Assembly: GCF_036321535.1 (NCBI RefSeq)
Contig: NC_087437.1
Location: 27,778,001 to 27,842,000 of the forward strand
DNA length: 64,000 nt
Reading direction: 5' to 3'
From: Camelus dromedarius
Taxonomy: Eukaryota
Positions 26,019 through 38,491 of this stretch are shown piece by piece (position 1 is the first letter of the stretch; every line of letters begins with the position of its first letter). A program made the position numbers and the translations under genes. The notes beneath the pieces were generated by a model, which saw only the letters and a program-made list of their open reading frames with translations, did no database searches and was not told where the DNA came from.

Positions 26019-26949
26019 CCAAAATGTCCACATCTTAATCCCTGGAAACTATAAATATGCTATCTTTCAAAAGGAACTTTGCAGATCCACACTGGAAATC
26101 CACTATTAATTCAGTTTCTCTCTGGGGATCGTCTCAGTTCTTAACTACTAAAACCCTCCACATCCTGTTTTAGGTGTGAAGATTATCAGAAAAAATTATT
26201 TGAATCACTGCAGAGAGAAGACAGCAGAGGGACTTTGGTTCCAGACAGTGGGAATCATGCTGAAATTTTTATAATGTGTATGGAAGGAATGATTCAGCTT
26301 AAGGCTGAAAAAACCAAATCCTCAAAAATATTTGAGGTATATTTTAAAGCTTGTTATATCTGACATGATGAGCAGTAAGTAACATTCATAAGCTACCAGT
26401 TTCTCTTACATTAGTCATATTTTGACTTTCTGTAATTATTCATAATATGCTTTATGAACCTCATGCTGGAAAGCTAGACTTCCCTGTTAAAGCAGAACAA
26501 TTTTTAGACAGTACATCTTTACACTGAATGGGAGGCAAACAAAATGTTGAAGTCTGCAATAATATAGAACTGTGTTGAGTCAAAGATAATCATACTTTAG
26601 AACTTCACATCAATGAGATCAGTTAGCTCACCAAAGTTCTTTAATTTTCTAGGTCATAAATTCAATTTTCTTATAATAATCTAGAAGGGATTTAAACACA
26701 TTATATGAGTACTTCTCAAGATTTCCTCATAGTTGTGCCTTCATTAAAGCTGACACACTTCTGTGAGGAGGAGGATGTTTCTGATTTTATATTTTCTGTT
26801 TTTAACAATTGGCTTTTTTAGCTCTTTTTCTTCAAAGTGTTTATATTTCCTTGTTACTTCATCTTCTTAATACCTCCTCATGCCCTCTTCTGAAATTCAT
26901 GGCTGTTTTCCCCCCTCCCCACCTGCCAAGCATGTATAGAAAATAGAAT

Positions 26950-26954
<5 letters not shown>

Positions 26955-26991
<37 letters not shown>
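26955..26991. repeat. (TG)n microsatellite
   Basis: Direct observation. Confidence 0.95.
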
Positions 26992-26994
<3 letters not shown>

Positions 26995-28060
26995 GATGTA
27001 AGTGTGCATGCATGTATGTATGTCTGGTGCCCATGCTGAACCAAACAGCTGTGGAGCGGGGAGGAATTGGGGACCAATGGGAGTGAAGTACTTCCACTTA
27101 TGACCGTCTCTTAAGCAGATCACCTTTCTTAGAGAGGACAGTGTATGTGAAAGCTACTGTGACTAATATTCTTAGCACATTTGTTGCCTTCATCTCAGTC
27201 TCTTTTCCTGTGCTGTTTCTTAAGTTACCACTGCTTTCACCAACTCCTTTCACTCTTTCAATTTTCCCTGGGTGACCTCATGGCTTTAATAGCACTTGCT
27301 CTATCTTTAGCTCAAGTGACTTAAATGAACTCCAGATTCTGGATATCACATAGGCACTAAACTCAGCATATTCCAAAAGAAACCAATACTTTACATCTCC
27401 ATGCTGCAAACTGTTCCTTTTCTTGCATATCTTATGTCAGAACTATAAAATGAATGTAATTATTTATTTATATATAATATTTCACATGATAGAAAACATA
27501 CATGCTGTAATTAACTTACATTTCTCACCATGACCAAAATCTCCCCTACGTTAACATAAATCCAATTAATTCATAAAGATATTTTAAAATAAGAAATATA
27601 AAGAAGTACATAAAGAAAAGCAAGCCTTCCTCTCATTTCTGAATTCCAGACTCCAGTTCTCATCCTCATTGGTAACTACTTGTCCCAATATCTGCTGCAT
27701 CCTTGCAAAGATCCTTTATATAAATTCATATGAATGCATATTTTTCTTAAAATTTATACCCTGCTTTACAGCCTTATGAAAGTCTGGGAATCTTTTGTGC
27801 ATACTGTTCTTTCCTTGCTTTCTTGCTTTTTTTTTTTTTTAACTAACAATATAACCTGAATAATTAAAAATAAAATAAACACAGAAACGCTTATAGTCAG
27901 AATTTACACAAGGGAAGCCGCTTATAGTCTTCTCATTTGGGTTCTTAAAACTAACTCTACTTTAATCCTGTTAAACTGTATCCTTTCAAGGAGGAAATAC
28001 TTTAAGCTATTAGTGATTTAAAATTTGTTTTATATACTTTTTATTGTTAAAATAATATAT

Positions 28061-28208
28061 TTTTAGTTCTTTTTTTTTTTTTTAAGATGGAGGTAATTAG
28101 GGTTTTTTTTTGTTTTGTTTTTTTTAATGGAGGTACTGGGGATTGAACCCAGGACCTTATTCATGTATGCTAGGTAGGCATTCTACCACTGAGCTAGACC
28201 CTCCCCCC
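28061..28208 (-). mobile_element. tRNA-derived SINE (vic-1-like, longer-tail variant)
   Basis: tRNA-like head, ctaattacctcc tail segment and poly-A. TSD taaaataatata at 28048-28059 and 28209-28220. Confidence 0.85.
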
Positions 28209-28485
28209 TAAAATAATATACTTTGATTAGAGATATTTCTGCATATTTTTTAACCTATTATGTAGAGGCTATACATTTTTAGCCACTTTTTTTCAGTATG
28301 TACTACTCTGTTTCCAAACAATATGCTCACCTTTAAATATATTTTATCTTCATCAATTTTAGACATCATTTATTGGTATTGTATTTGTTTAAAAAAAAAA
28401 GTTCACCTCTCTTACACAGTCCCTCTCCTACTAACTCCCCTACTCCAATCTTCCAGTAGAATTATATAAGAACTCTGATTAAAAT

Positions 28486-29312
28486 GGAGGAGAACAAGAT
28501 GGTTGAGGGGGGGAACATGGAACTCACTTTCCCCCATGAACACATCTATATGTAAACAATTCTCACGGAAAAGTAACTTGAGACTGGTAGAAAGACTCCT
28601 GTACAACCAAGGATGGAAGAAATATCCACATGGAATTGGGTAGGAAGGGAATAGAAGTGATTAGGTTGGGACCTGTGCCCCTGGGAGGGGATTTAGAAAA
28701 GGAGGGAGATTACACAGGTGGAGTAACCTCCCTGAGGTGGGAGTAGTTTGAGCCACATATTAGACACCCCAGCTCTGGAGTCCAACACTGGGAAGATGAG
28801 TACCCTTGGCTGCTTTGTGGGCCAGTGGGACTAACAGGTAAGATGTGAGAAGCTTGGATTTTTCTTGTGAGGAGTGCACACACGACTGCTTACTCCTGAA
28901 ACAGGGCAGAGAGGGTGGATTGAAATGACACTGGATGCTGGCCAGTTTCCCAAAAGAGAAAGGCAAATACCATGTTATCATTTATTTGTGGAATCTAAAA
29001 AATAAAACAAACAAATATATGTAACAAAATAGACTCAGATATAGAAAACAAACTAGTGGTTACCAGTGGGGAGAGGGAAGAGGGAAGGGGAAAGATAGGA
29101 GTATAGGATTAAGAGTTACAAACTACTATGTATAAAATAAATAGCAACAAAGATATACTGTACAGCACAGGGAAACATAGCCATTATTTTGTAATAACTT
29201 TAAATGAATATAATCTATGAAAATACCAAATCACTATGTTGTATACTTGAAATTAATAGAATATTGTAACTCATCTATTCTTCAATTTAAAAAAATAAAT
29301 GAAAAAGACAAA
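28486..29312 (+). mobile_element. Bipartite L1 derivative: L1 5'UTR start (~28486-28950) fused to L1 3'UTR (~28953-29312)
   Basis: Starts ggaggagaacaagatgg, a typical L1 5' start, and switches to aaagagaaaggcaaatacc...gtggaatctaaaa (3'UTR). Diverged flanking repeat aagaactctgattaaaat / aagaattttggttaaatt (14/18). Confidence 0.7.
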
Positions 29313-29864
29313 AAGAATTTTGGTTAAATTTTGAGACTAAATTTTACATTATTATTACATTGTTAGAATTCTCTGCTTTGCCAAGCAATGGTCTACAATT
29401 ATCACTTGGTCTTTTCCCTGGAGTATATAAATGCCTGTTTTCTCATTTACTTTGTTTTCTATGTGTCTGTTGATATTTTTCCTCCAAGTGCTAAAAGATA
29501 TCTGTCAATTTCTATTAATATTTTCTGTCTACTCAAACATATCAGAGCTATGCTTACTGTGGAGTATGTCCTGCAAGGACCTCTGACATGCCCTAGTTGC
29601 TCCTAGTTGCTCTCCAGGATCCTACAGCACTGCGGTCTTACTTGGATTTCTTTCATTGCTTTCCTTCATAGTGTTTCCTATCTTCTACATCTCATCCTTC
29701 TTTTGGTTTAGCAACCTCTAAAACTCTTTAAGAAAGAGTGCTGGGATGTAAACATGTTGAATGTGAATGTATATTCAATTCCTATGTCTGAATGACAGTT
29801 TGGTGGGGTAAAAGCTTTAAATCAAAGATGATTTTTCGCTGATAACGTAAAAGGCATTGCTCTA

Positions 29865-30597
29865 TACAATGAAGTATCACCTTACACCAAATTGGTCATC
29901 ATCAAAACGTCTGCAAGTAATAAATGCTGGAGAAAATATGGAGAAAAGGAAACCCTTCTCCACTGATGGTGTGCATGTAAATTGGTTCTGCCACTATGGA
30001 GAACAGTATGGAGGCCCCTTAAAAAACTAAAAATAGAGCCACCATATGGTGTATATATCTGGAAAAGAAGACAACTCTAATTTGAAAAGATACATGCACC
30101 TCAATGTTCATAGCAGCACTATTTACATTAGCCAAGACATGGAAGCAACCTAAATGCCCATCAACACATGAATCAATAAAGAAGATGTGATAAAATACAC
30201 ACACACACACACACACACACAATGGAATATTAGCCATGAAAAAGAATGAAATAATGCCATTTGAAGCAACATGAATGAACCTAGAGATAATCATCCTAAG
30301 TGAAGTAAATCACACAGAGGAAGACAAATAACATGATAACACTTACATGTGGAATCTAAAAAAATGATACAAATGAACTTCTTTACAAAACAGAAATAGA
30401 CTCACAGACATAGAAAACAAACTTATGGTTATCAAAGGGGAAAGGTAGGGGGGAGAGATAAATTAGGAGTTTAGGATTTGCAGATACTAACTACTATGTA
30501 TAAAACAGATAAACAATAAGGACCTACTATATAGTGCAGGAAGCTATCTTGTAATAATCTATAATGGAAAAGAATCTGAAAAAGAATATGTATACAT
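29865..30597 (+). mobile_element. 5'-truncated LINE-1 3' fragment with internal (CA)n
   Basis: ORF2 C-terminal and 3'UTR motifs (gatacatgcacctcaatgttcatagcagcactattt; gtggaatctaaa). Confidence 0.85.
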
Positions 30598-31749
30598 ATT
30601 CCATCTGGAGGTTTTTCTCCTTTCATTCTGTAAACTATTTTATATTATTTCTGTAATGATTTTTCTCTCCTTTGTTTTTCTCCTCTTTTTATTTTTTCAT
30701 TCTGGAACTATTATTTGAGATGTTGGGCTTTCTATACTGACCCTCTTTCTTAATAAAAAAAAAATTTTTTCTATCTGTCTCTTTGTTCTAGTTTTCTGAG
30801 ATATTTCCAGAACTTTATCTTCCAAATCTCCTTTAACAATTTTATTTTAGTTATTCTGTTTAATTTTTTTTAAGTTCTTACCCATTTCCTTTTAAATAAA
30901 CTTTCATTATTGCTTCATGATTGAAATACAGTCTCTAATTTTTTGAGATTAGTGATATATTTTTGAAAGTTTTCTTATGCTCCTGTATATGCTCTGTTTT
31001 CTCTGGCCTCCATCTCTGTTATTTTTAGCCTGTTCTTATATTAGAGACTTTTTTAAGTTCTTATATTAGAGACCTGGTAATGCTTACCTCCCCAACTTGT
31101 ATTCAGAGGGAGACTCTAAGAAGTAATGGAATCACTGAGTGTAAGCCGAGTCGGCTAGTAGACTTCACGGTAGTACAGAAAAAAAGGCAGCAAGGTGGTC
31201 TTATTACAGGAAATACGGTGTACATTGTCTTGGGCTGTTCAGTTTCACAGTGAAGAGTCCTATAATCCCCAGCCCTGAGGTTTTGACGGAGTGAGGCAAG
31301 GCCCACAGCTGGAACAGTAGGCTCTCTCTCACCACCCCTCCCTGTGGCTTTAGCCCAGTTTCTGCGTGCCTTTGCCTTCAGGTCCTGAGGCCTTATAGGG
31401 TTTCAGGGGCAATTTAGCCCAACTGACACTTTGAATCCCCTCAGCAGGTACCCGTATGTTATCTTTTCCCACTTTGCTTGGTCAGGTACCAGTTTCCAAC
31501 TATTTGTTAGTTATTTTTCTTTTCCAATGATTTATTGACCTTCCTTGTCTGCTGCCATCACCTCACCTTTCTCACCTTTGCCTTTATATTTGTACTTCTT
31601 AAAATCCTTTACCATCAACTCAATAAGGTTTCCAGAGGGGGAAAAAACCCAAATGTTGAGAATATATAATGTTTAACTGAAATAGTCACGAACAGGGAGA
31701 AAGCAAAGGGTACTATGTGCTAAAAGATAATGGGTAGGAACCTCTAGTC

Positions 31750-32090
31750 CAGGGGTTAGCAAATTATTGTCTGCTGGCCAGACCTGGCCCACAGCCTGCT
31801 TTTGTATGACCCATGAGCTGAGCCTGGTTTTTACATTTTTACAAGGTTGTAAAACAGAACAAAACGTAAGAGGGATATGTGATAGGAGCCATATGTGGCC
31901 AACAAAGCCTAAGTAATTATCTAGCTCTTTACAGAAAAATCCTGCTGACCCACCCCTAGTGCAGTGGTTCTCAACTTGGGAGTTTTAAAAACATACTGAG
32001 GACTAGTTCCCACTCTGCACCATTAGCAAGAGTTCTGAGGGGTGAGGCTCAGGAAGAGGGTGATTTTAATGTTTAGCCAGAGCACTATGA
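31750..32090. mobile_element. hAT-Charlie MITEs: MER58-type (31750-31957) followed by MER5A-like remnant
   Basis: caggggttagcaaa...ctttacagaaaaatcctgctgaccc, then cagtggttctcaac. Confidence 0.7.
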
Positions 32091-33139
32091 AAAGTCCCCC
32101 TACTGAAAAATACTATCATCCACTACCCCAAAGCACCACCACTGCTACCAGCAACAACAACTTAAGCCCCTGAAAACCTCCAAAGACATATGTGGCTATT
32201 TGATAAATTTCTATGCCTCGTTTTCTGTGTATTTTCTTGGCAATATTATATGTGCACAGAAATTGTTTCTGGAAGTTTTACTATGAAAGCAGAAATTCTC
32301 TTGTCTCTCCCATTCTGTAGGAACAATCTCTTTAAACTTTTTGGCTGATTCTTTTCTCCTCATTTTTACATAATATGTTTAAATTGCTTCTTCAGGATTT
32401 TTCAATTTTAGAAAATATATATTTCGTCCCACCACAGAAAAAGATGTCACTTTCTTTTATACCCTCACCCTACCACACAAATGCAAGCTTCCTATCCCAT
32501 ACTCTGTCCTTTTTAATTTAATACGTTTTTGTTAGAATATACATTTTGTTAAATGTGTTCATTAGTATGTAAATACTATTCACAGCTGAGCAACATTGTT
32601 TCCAGTGATTCTGTTCCTGCACACTTTTACATTTTTTCTGAAGTTAGTGATTATCTTGCTTTTTATCTCTTTCGTTAGTTTTTCATATACCTGTTGCTAT
32701 TTTAATACCAAATTTTTGCCACTTGTGTAGAGCTCCTGTCAGTAAAGACATTATGTATTATATCAGTCTCATCTTTGTGCAACAAAGCACAGAGCTGTCA
32801 TCCTGGATTCTTTCTTAACCTTTCTCTGGGATTTCCTTTGCGTCTACGTTGTGTGGAGTCCGCTGGTTTCTAGAGCCCACATCTTCCTCTTTTTTGGTTT
32901 AAGACTTCATCTTGGAATATATCCTTCAGTAACTTTCTGAGAAAGAGTGCGTGGGAGATCTCAAACACTTGAGATGCTGTATGTCTGAAAATGTCATTAT
33001 TTCATCTGCACATTATTGATAATTTGCTTGCAAATAAAATTCCAGGTTGGAATTTATTTTCCTTTATATTTTGATGGCCTCATTCCACTGTTACCCAGCT
33101 TTCGGTCTTGCTGTGTGAACAGTCATTCTAGCTCCTTAT

Positions 33140-34008
33140 TTTGTGATGTGGCAGCTTGTATTTTCCAAATATAGATGCAAAATATCTTTTATCTCACATG
33201 CTCTTCTACAACGTGAACTTTTCACCCTCCCACTGACGTGTGTGTGCTTCTCCCTTGAACTGAAGTGGCTAATGATTTGCTTACGATCAATACAATGTGG
33301 GAGAAGTGATGGTGAGGGAACTTCAAGGTTAGGTTAGAAAAACCAGTGTACTCCCCACCTTGTTTGTGGGGACACTCATTTATGGAACCCTGATTTGCAC
33401 TGTAAGAGTTTGAATACCCTAGTGGGCAGGGGTGAGATAGGGGTGGGGGATTAAGAGGTACAAACTACTATGTATAAAATAAATAAGCTAAAGGATATAT
33501 TGTTTAACACAGAGAACATAGTCAATATTTTATAACTAAAAATAGAATATAACCTTTAAAAGTTGTGAATCACTATGCTGTACACCTGAAATTTATACAA
33601 TATTGTACATCAACTATCTCAATACATTTTTTAAATTAATAATAAAAAATAAAATGTGGGGGGAAAAAAGAGCTTGAATACCCTAGATACCACTCTCTAA
33701 GGAAACGCAGGGCAAACAGAGAAGCCACAGGGAGTGATTCTGTCAACAGCTGTAGCTGAGGTTCCAGCTGACAGCATCAAATGCTGAATATGTGAGTGAG
33801 ACGTCAGATGATTCCATCCATCTGTTGGGTTATCTCTAGCTGTTGAGATAAAGTTGCAGCTGAAGTTGCAGATGTTGTAAAGAAGAAACAGTCATTACTA
33901 CTGTACCCTGTCCAATTTTCTGACCTATAAAACCAAAGCACATAACAAAATTGTTTTAGCCACAAAATTTTGAGAGAATTTGTTGCACAACACTAGTAAC
34001 TGGAAGAA
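33140..34008 (+). mobile_element. MLT1-type MaLR LTR interrupted by an L1 3' end
   Basis: MLT1-like 3' end (gccacaaaattttgagagaatttgttgcacaacactagtaactgga). Confidence 0.65.
33423..33667 (+). mobile_element. Short 5'-truncated L1 3'UTR insertion
   Basis: 19-bp TSD aagag(t/c)ttgaataccctag at 33404-33422 and 33668-33686. Confidence 0.9.
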
Positions 34009-36419
34009 TATGTGACTCTTAAATTTTTTTTCTGGAAGTTTTCAGGGTTTTATACTTGTTTTCAGCATTCTGAAAGTTTATGACGGTCATTTTACCCATT
34101 ATAATGGGCACAAAGTGTGTAGTTTCCATCTGAGAAAAGTCCTTAGCATTCAGTTCTTGGAAATTTTCTTGAACTGTGTCAGCAGTAATATTTTCTCTCT
34201 ATTGTCTCTTTTCCTGGAGCTCCTCTTATTTAGATATCAGACCTCCTGGGCTAATCTTCTAAATTTCTCATTTCTTATTTATTTTATCTTGCTTTCTAGC
34301 TCTTAATCTTTCTATTCTAATTCCTGAGATATTTCCCAAAATTTGCTTTCCCTATACTTATCATAGTCTTAATTTCCAAGACATTTTTAGGCATCCTATT
34401 CTTTTTTCAAATGGAATTTTTCTTTCTCTCTGTACTAGGATATAAATAACCATTTTGTTGTTGTTGTTTGCGTAGTTGTTTGCTTTTCTTTCTCTTCTAC
34501 TGAAATAATCTCTGTTGCCTTTATCTGTCTTTGGTCTGTTTCTTTGATTTTGTTTTGATCCTTGGTTGTTTTCAATATTTAAGAATGGGGCACTAAAATT
34601 GGGGAGAAGTAGTTGATTGTGGGTTTACTGCCTGATATTCTAGCTGGGTTATTTCTTTGGGGAAATCTCTGTGTCATTACTTTTATCTTCATTTGGGGTG
34701 GGGGGAGAAGGGCTGGTCAGATTCTAAAAGAGTGATTGTCCAACCTCCTGAGTGGAAAGGTCTAGCTGTCAGCATCTGGAAGTCAAGTGGGGAAGAGGGT
34801 TGAGTGACATTTCTACTTGGCACTCTTCATCCATGTGCACTGTCTTTCCTGACAATAAACCTCTAGCATCCAAGAGGAGAGGGCAGTTGCTTAGTTATGT
34901 GGAATGGGAGAGGTAGCCTGACATCTAACTTACACTCTCAATCATCCTCAAATGTCCTACTTTTTTCCTCTAGATCCTTCAATTCCTGTGCTTTTAAGGT
35001 TTTGCAGTATGAATTTTACTATTTCCTTGTTTTTCCTTACTGGCTTAAGATTTAGCTTTTATGATTCAGTTTTGCTGCTGCTAAATCAGTTGTCACTTAT
35101 CCATTTCTCTTATAGCTGCTGAAATTTTGTGACTGTCATTTTCTTTCCTTTTCCTTTTGTCCTTGAATAACATGCTTTTTAGATAGCTCTTTTATATGAT
35201 TTTAATGGAATCCTGGGAGGCAGAAAAAATAAATGTATGTACTCAATCTACTATCTGAACATCTGTCTAAACCTGCACATCAACAGATTCTCTGCAGTAC
35301 AATTTAGGATTTGTTAGCTAATCTAGATATATCTTATTAAGTTTCTTTTCCTGTAAGATTAGTATATTTTTATGCTGTAGTTTCCATGTGGTCAAACATT
35401 TAGGTTTCATTTCTATTTGTTATCAAGAAGTTGAAAATGATGGCATGTTATGAAAGTTGCTAGAATATCTTTGATGATCTTTAACTGAGAATTTATTTTA
35501 AAGTGTTACTGTACATGTGCCAATATAAAAGAGCAAATTCCAAGAGCTTTGTCGTACAAGAAAAAGGGCATATGAGGTTTCTACACATATCCTTGGGATA
35601 CAGTAAGGGAAAGCATCCAACTTGGCAAAGTTAATTCTTAAATGATTTAATTTCACAAGGACTATTTAAAACGTTCTTTTTCTGATTGGGGGTGCTGGTG
35701 AATGTTGAGGAAGGGGGTGGGCCATATGGCTGCCAACTAAATCTTTTTCTAGATATACTAAGAAACCTGATTTTTTCAAAGGAGGATTTTTTGGTTTTGT
35801 TTTGTGTTTTTTAATTAATTTTTTGTTTTTGTTTGTTTGTTCATTTTGCATTTCTATTCTCTGACCATGCCCTGAGCCATTAACTCAGCTATTCTGATAG
35901 CTCTGACTTCACATGGCCAGCATCAAATACAGTTGTGGCCATGGACCCTAGAGTTGATCCTATCATTTGTTTTTAACTTTCTGGGGGTAGTCCGTTTCCT
36001 GATTTGTTCCTGTTCTTGGTTTCTGACCTCTTGGCTGTTCTGTTGCCTATGATTTCATATTCGTCCCTTGATCTTAGGGCTGATATGGCTCCTTTTGTGC
36101 TCTTACGTGGCTCTGCTCCTTGGAATGGGCTTGTCTAAGCCCCTGGCTAATAACCCTGCATGATTCAGTCTGGCCTCTGACACCCCAGCTCAGGATTGCC
36201 CACTTCACTTGTGTGTTAGCAGGTTTAACCTGGCGCTGTCATTCAGACTCACACCACACTGGTAACCAAAGAATGGTCTGTTGGATTGCAGAGTAATTTG
36301 TTGTTCAGTGGATAGCATCTCTTTTATTCCCTTAAACACAAAAGTTAAATACGTTTTATGTATAATTCTGAGCCTGTGATGAGCTGAGTGGTATCTTATG
36401 CTTCAGTACTTAAAAAAGT

Positions 36420-36625
36420 ATTTATTTATGTTAACTAAAATAGAGTTGGCTTATGTTATTATGTTAGTTTCAGGTGTACTACACAGTGATTTGACATTTG
36501 CATACATTACAAAGTGATTGCCATGATAAGTCTATTAACCATCTGTCCCCAAAGTTATTATAATATTATTGATCATATTCCTTATGTTGATCACATCCCC
36601 ATAGCTTATTTATTTTATAACAGAA
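36420..36625 (-). mobile_element. L1 3'UTR fragment
   Basis: ttatgttagtttcaggtgtac...ttattatgatcatattcc-like antisense L1 3' end. Confidence 0.7.
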
Positions 36626-36859
36626 AATGTTATATACAACCTTTGAATTGTTCCAGAAAATGTCCTAAGTATTGGTCTAGTTGAGACCTTATTTCCTTGG
36701 AACAAATTCAAGCCATGTACTGTACAAAGCCCAAGGAATGTTTCTAGAATTTCATCCAATATTAGCTTGAATTTTTTTATTTAACAAATGTTAGTACCAA
36801 TTTGACAGGTGTCAAGGATGCCCAGCCTATCCAGAGATCTGTGAGAAATAGTAAGTGGT

Positions 36860-37790
36860 TGCTAGCTAAACCACTAAGATTTGGGATGATTTGTTATGGA
36901 GCATTATTGTGTCAATAGATAACTGATACAAATTCAGTATCCTGAAGTAGGATGCTACTATGAAAAAACTTATACGTAGCATAGGTTTCTGATTTAGGTG
37001 GCAGATACAGGCTTTTAAGTGGCAAGGAAACTGTTCACAAAAACTGGAAGAGAAGTAAAGAAACTGCTGCAGCAAGCTGGAAAAATTGTGTCCCATGTTA
37101 AATAGTGGCAAAACAATTTGTAAAACTGTCACCTGTGGGAACTGGAAAAATAAAAAATGTACTCAGTGACTTTTGACTTGAGTAGGGATATTGTCACACA
37201 GAATGTTAAAACTGTCAGGTATCTTTTCTTAGCTGCATATGATAAAATACTACATAAAAGAGATGAGAGAGAAAACACTGATTTGTAAGCAGAATTTACA
37301 GAGAATTTAGAGGACTGGAAAATAAAGCTGCTTCTTATCTTCACGCACTTGATTCAGTAAATTATCAAAGTAAGATAGATACTAAGGAATAGCTCAAATC
37401 AAGGATGTGACTAAATGAACTTATGTTAAGACCTCTGAAAGAAGTAGGGGGTGGTTCCTGGTACAACTTTAGGCAACAACAGAGCTTCTAGGAATCATAA
37501 GATCTTGCTTCACAGCAGCCTGACCTAAGCAAAGTAGTACTAATTGAATCTAGAGAGGGACCTGTTTGAAAATAACTGTAGGTGTGAATTTTGCTAAACG
37601 AGGTGTACTCCAATTAGATTCATAGAAAACTTACAATTTTTTTAAGGGAATGTTACAGGTTAAAGTGCTACTAGCGTGGATGAAAAGGTTGTGAAGCTGT
37701 TCAAGATGTAAAAGGTCTTTGGAATCATAACTTGCTAAAAAGAGAGAGTAGGCTAAAATAGTTGCTTAAGGAGCATTCTTTTCCTTACCT
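36860..37790 (+). mobile_element. MaLR LTR 3' end plus internal (MLT1-int-like) remnant
   Basis: LTR end gatttgttatggagcattattgtgtcaatagataactgataca, followed by MaLR-int-like sequence (gtggcaaaacaatttgtaaaactgtcacctgt). Confidence 0.6.
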
Positions 37791-38491
37791 TCGCACAGGA
37801 GCTTTGAGGAAAACAAGGAACAGAGAGATTATGATGTAGAACGGGTTTTCCACTTAGACATTGAAGTGCTAAAAAATGAAGAGAAAAGAAAAACTGAACT
37901 AACTATAAGATAGCTTAGTAAATGGCAGTAAGATTGCTAGAAAAATTAATTGGCAGTGGAGGGGGAGCAAGCCATAAAAAAATTGTTTCAAAGAGGTAAG
38001 GTTTTAGTTGGCAAGCATACTGGGGAATGAGAGGGATGTTGACATACTCCCCTCTCCACCCTTTTGAGAGAGTGATAGGGGAAATGATGGAAAGAAAAGC
38101 TAAGCTCCAGGATAAAAATGTAGAGTAGTTTGTTTATTAAGTACTGCTATGTAAGGAGGGTGAGCGTAAGTTCCTGTTTTCACAGAGTTGTCATGGGTTA
38201 TATCTAATACCCTGGGACCCTGCGTGGTTTACCATTTGTCCTGGCTAAAATGTTCTAGTTTGGACAATGAATTCTATGGTCATCTTATGCAAATGGCACT
38301 TGGAAATACTTTTAGAGATTGGGGAAGAGTGAGAATTTGGATTAGGGGAGAAAACACATATTTGTTTAATGTGTAAATAAATAAGACCAATAAAATGGTA
38401 GGAAGAGGGGACACGGAGGATGAAGAGAGGATATTAAATTCTTAGGGGTGACTCAGAATCCTCAACATGTAGGATAAAGAAGCATTAGTTA

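Larger units (their letters stand above)
22950..26086 (+). mobile_element. MLT1(D-like) MaLR LTR fragment, split by composite copy 2 (pieces ~22950-22983 and 26019-26086)
   Basis: Removing the insert restores tggccccccaaaatgtccacatcttaatccctggaa...aaggaactttgcagat, the MLT1 5' end. Confidence 0.75.
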
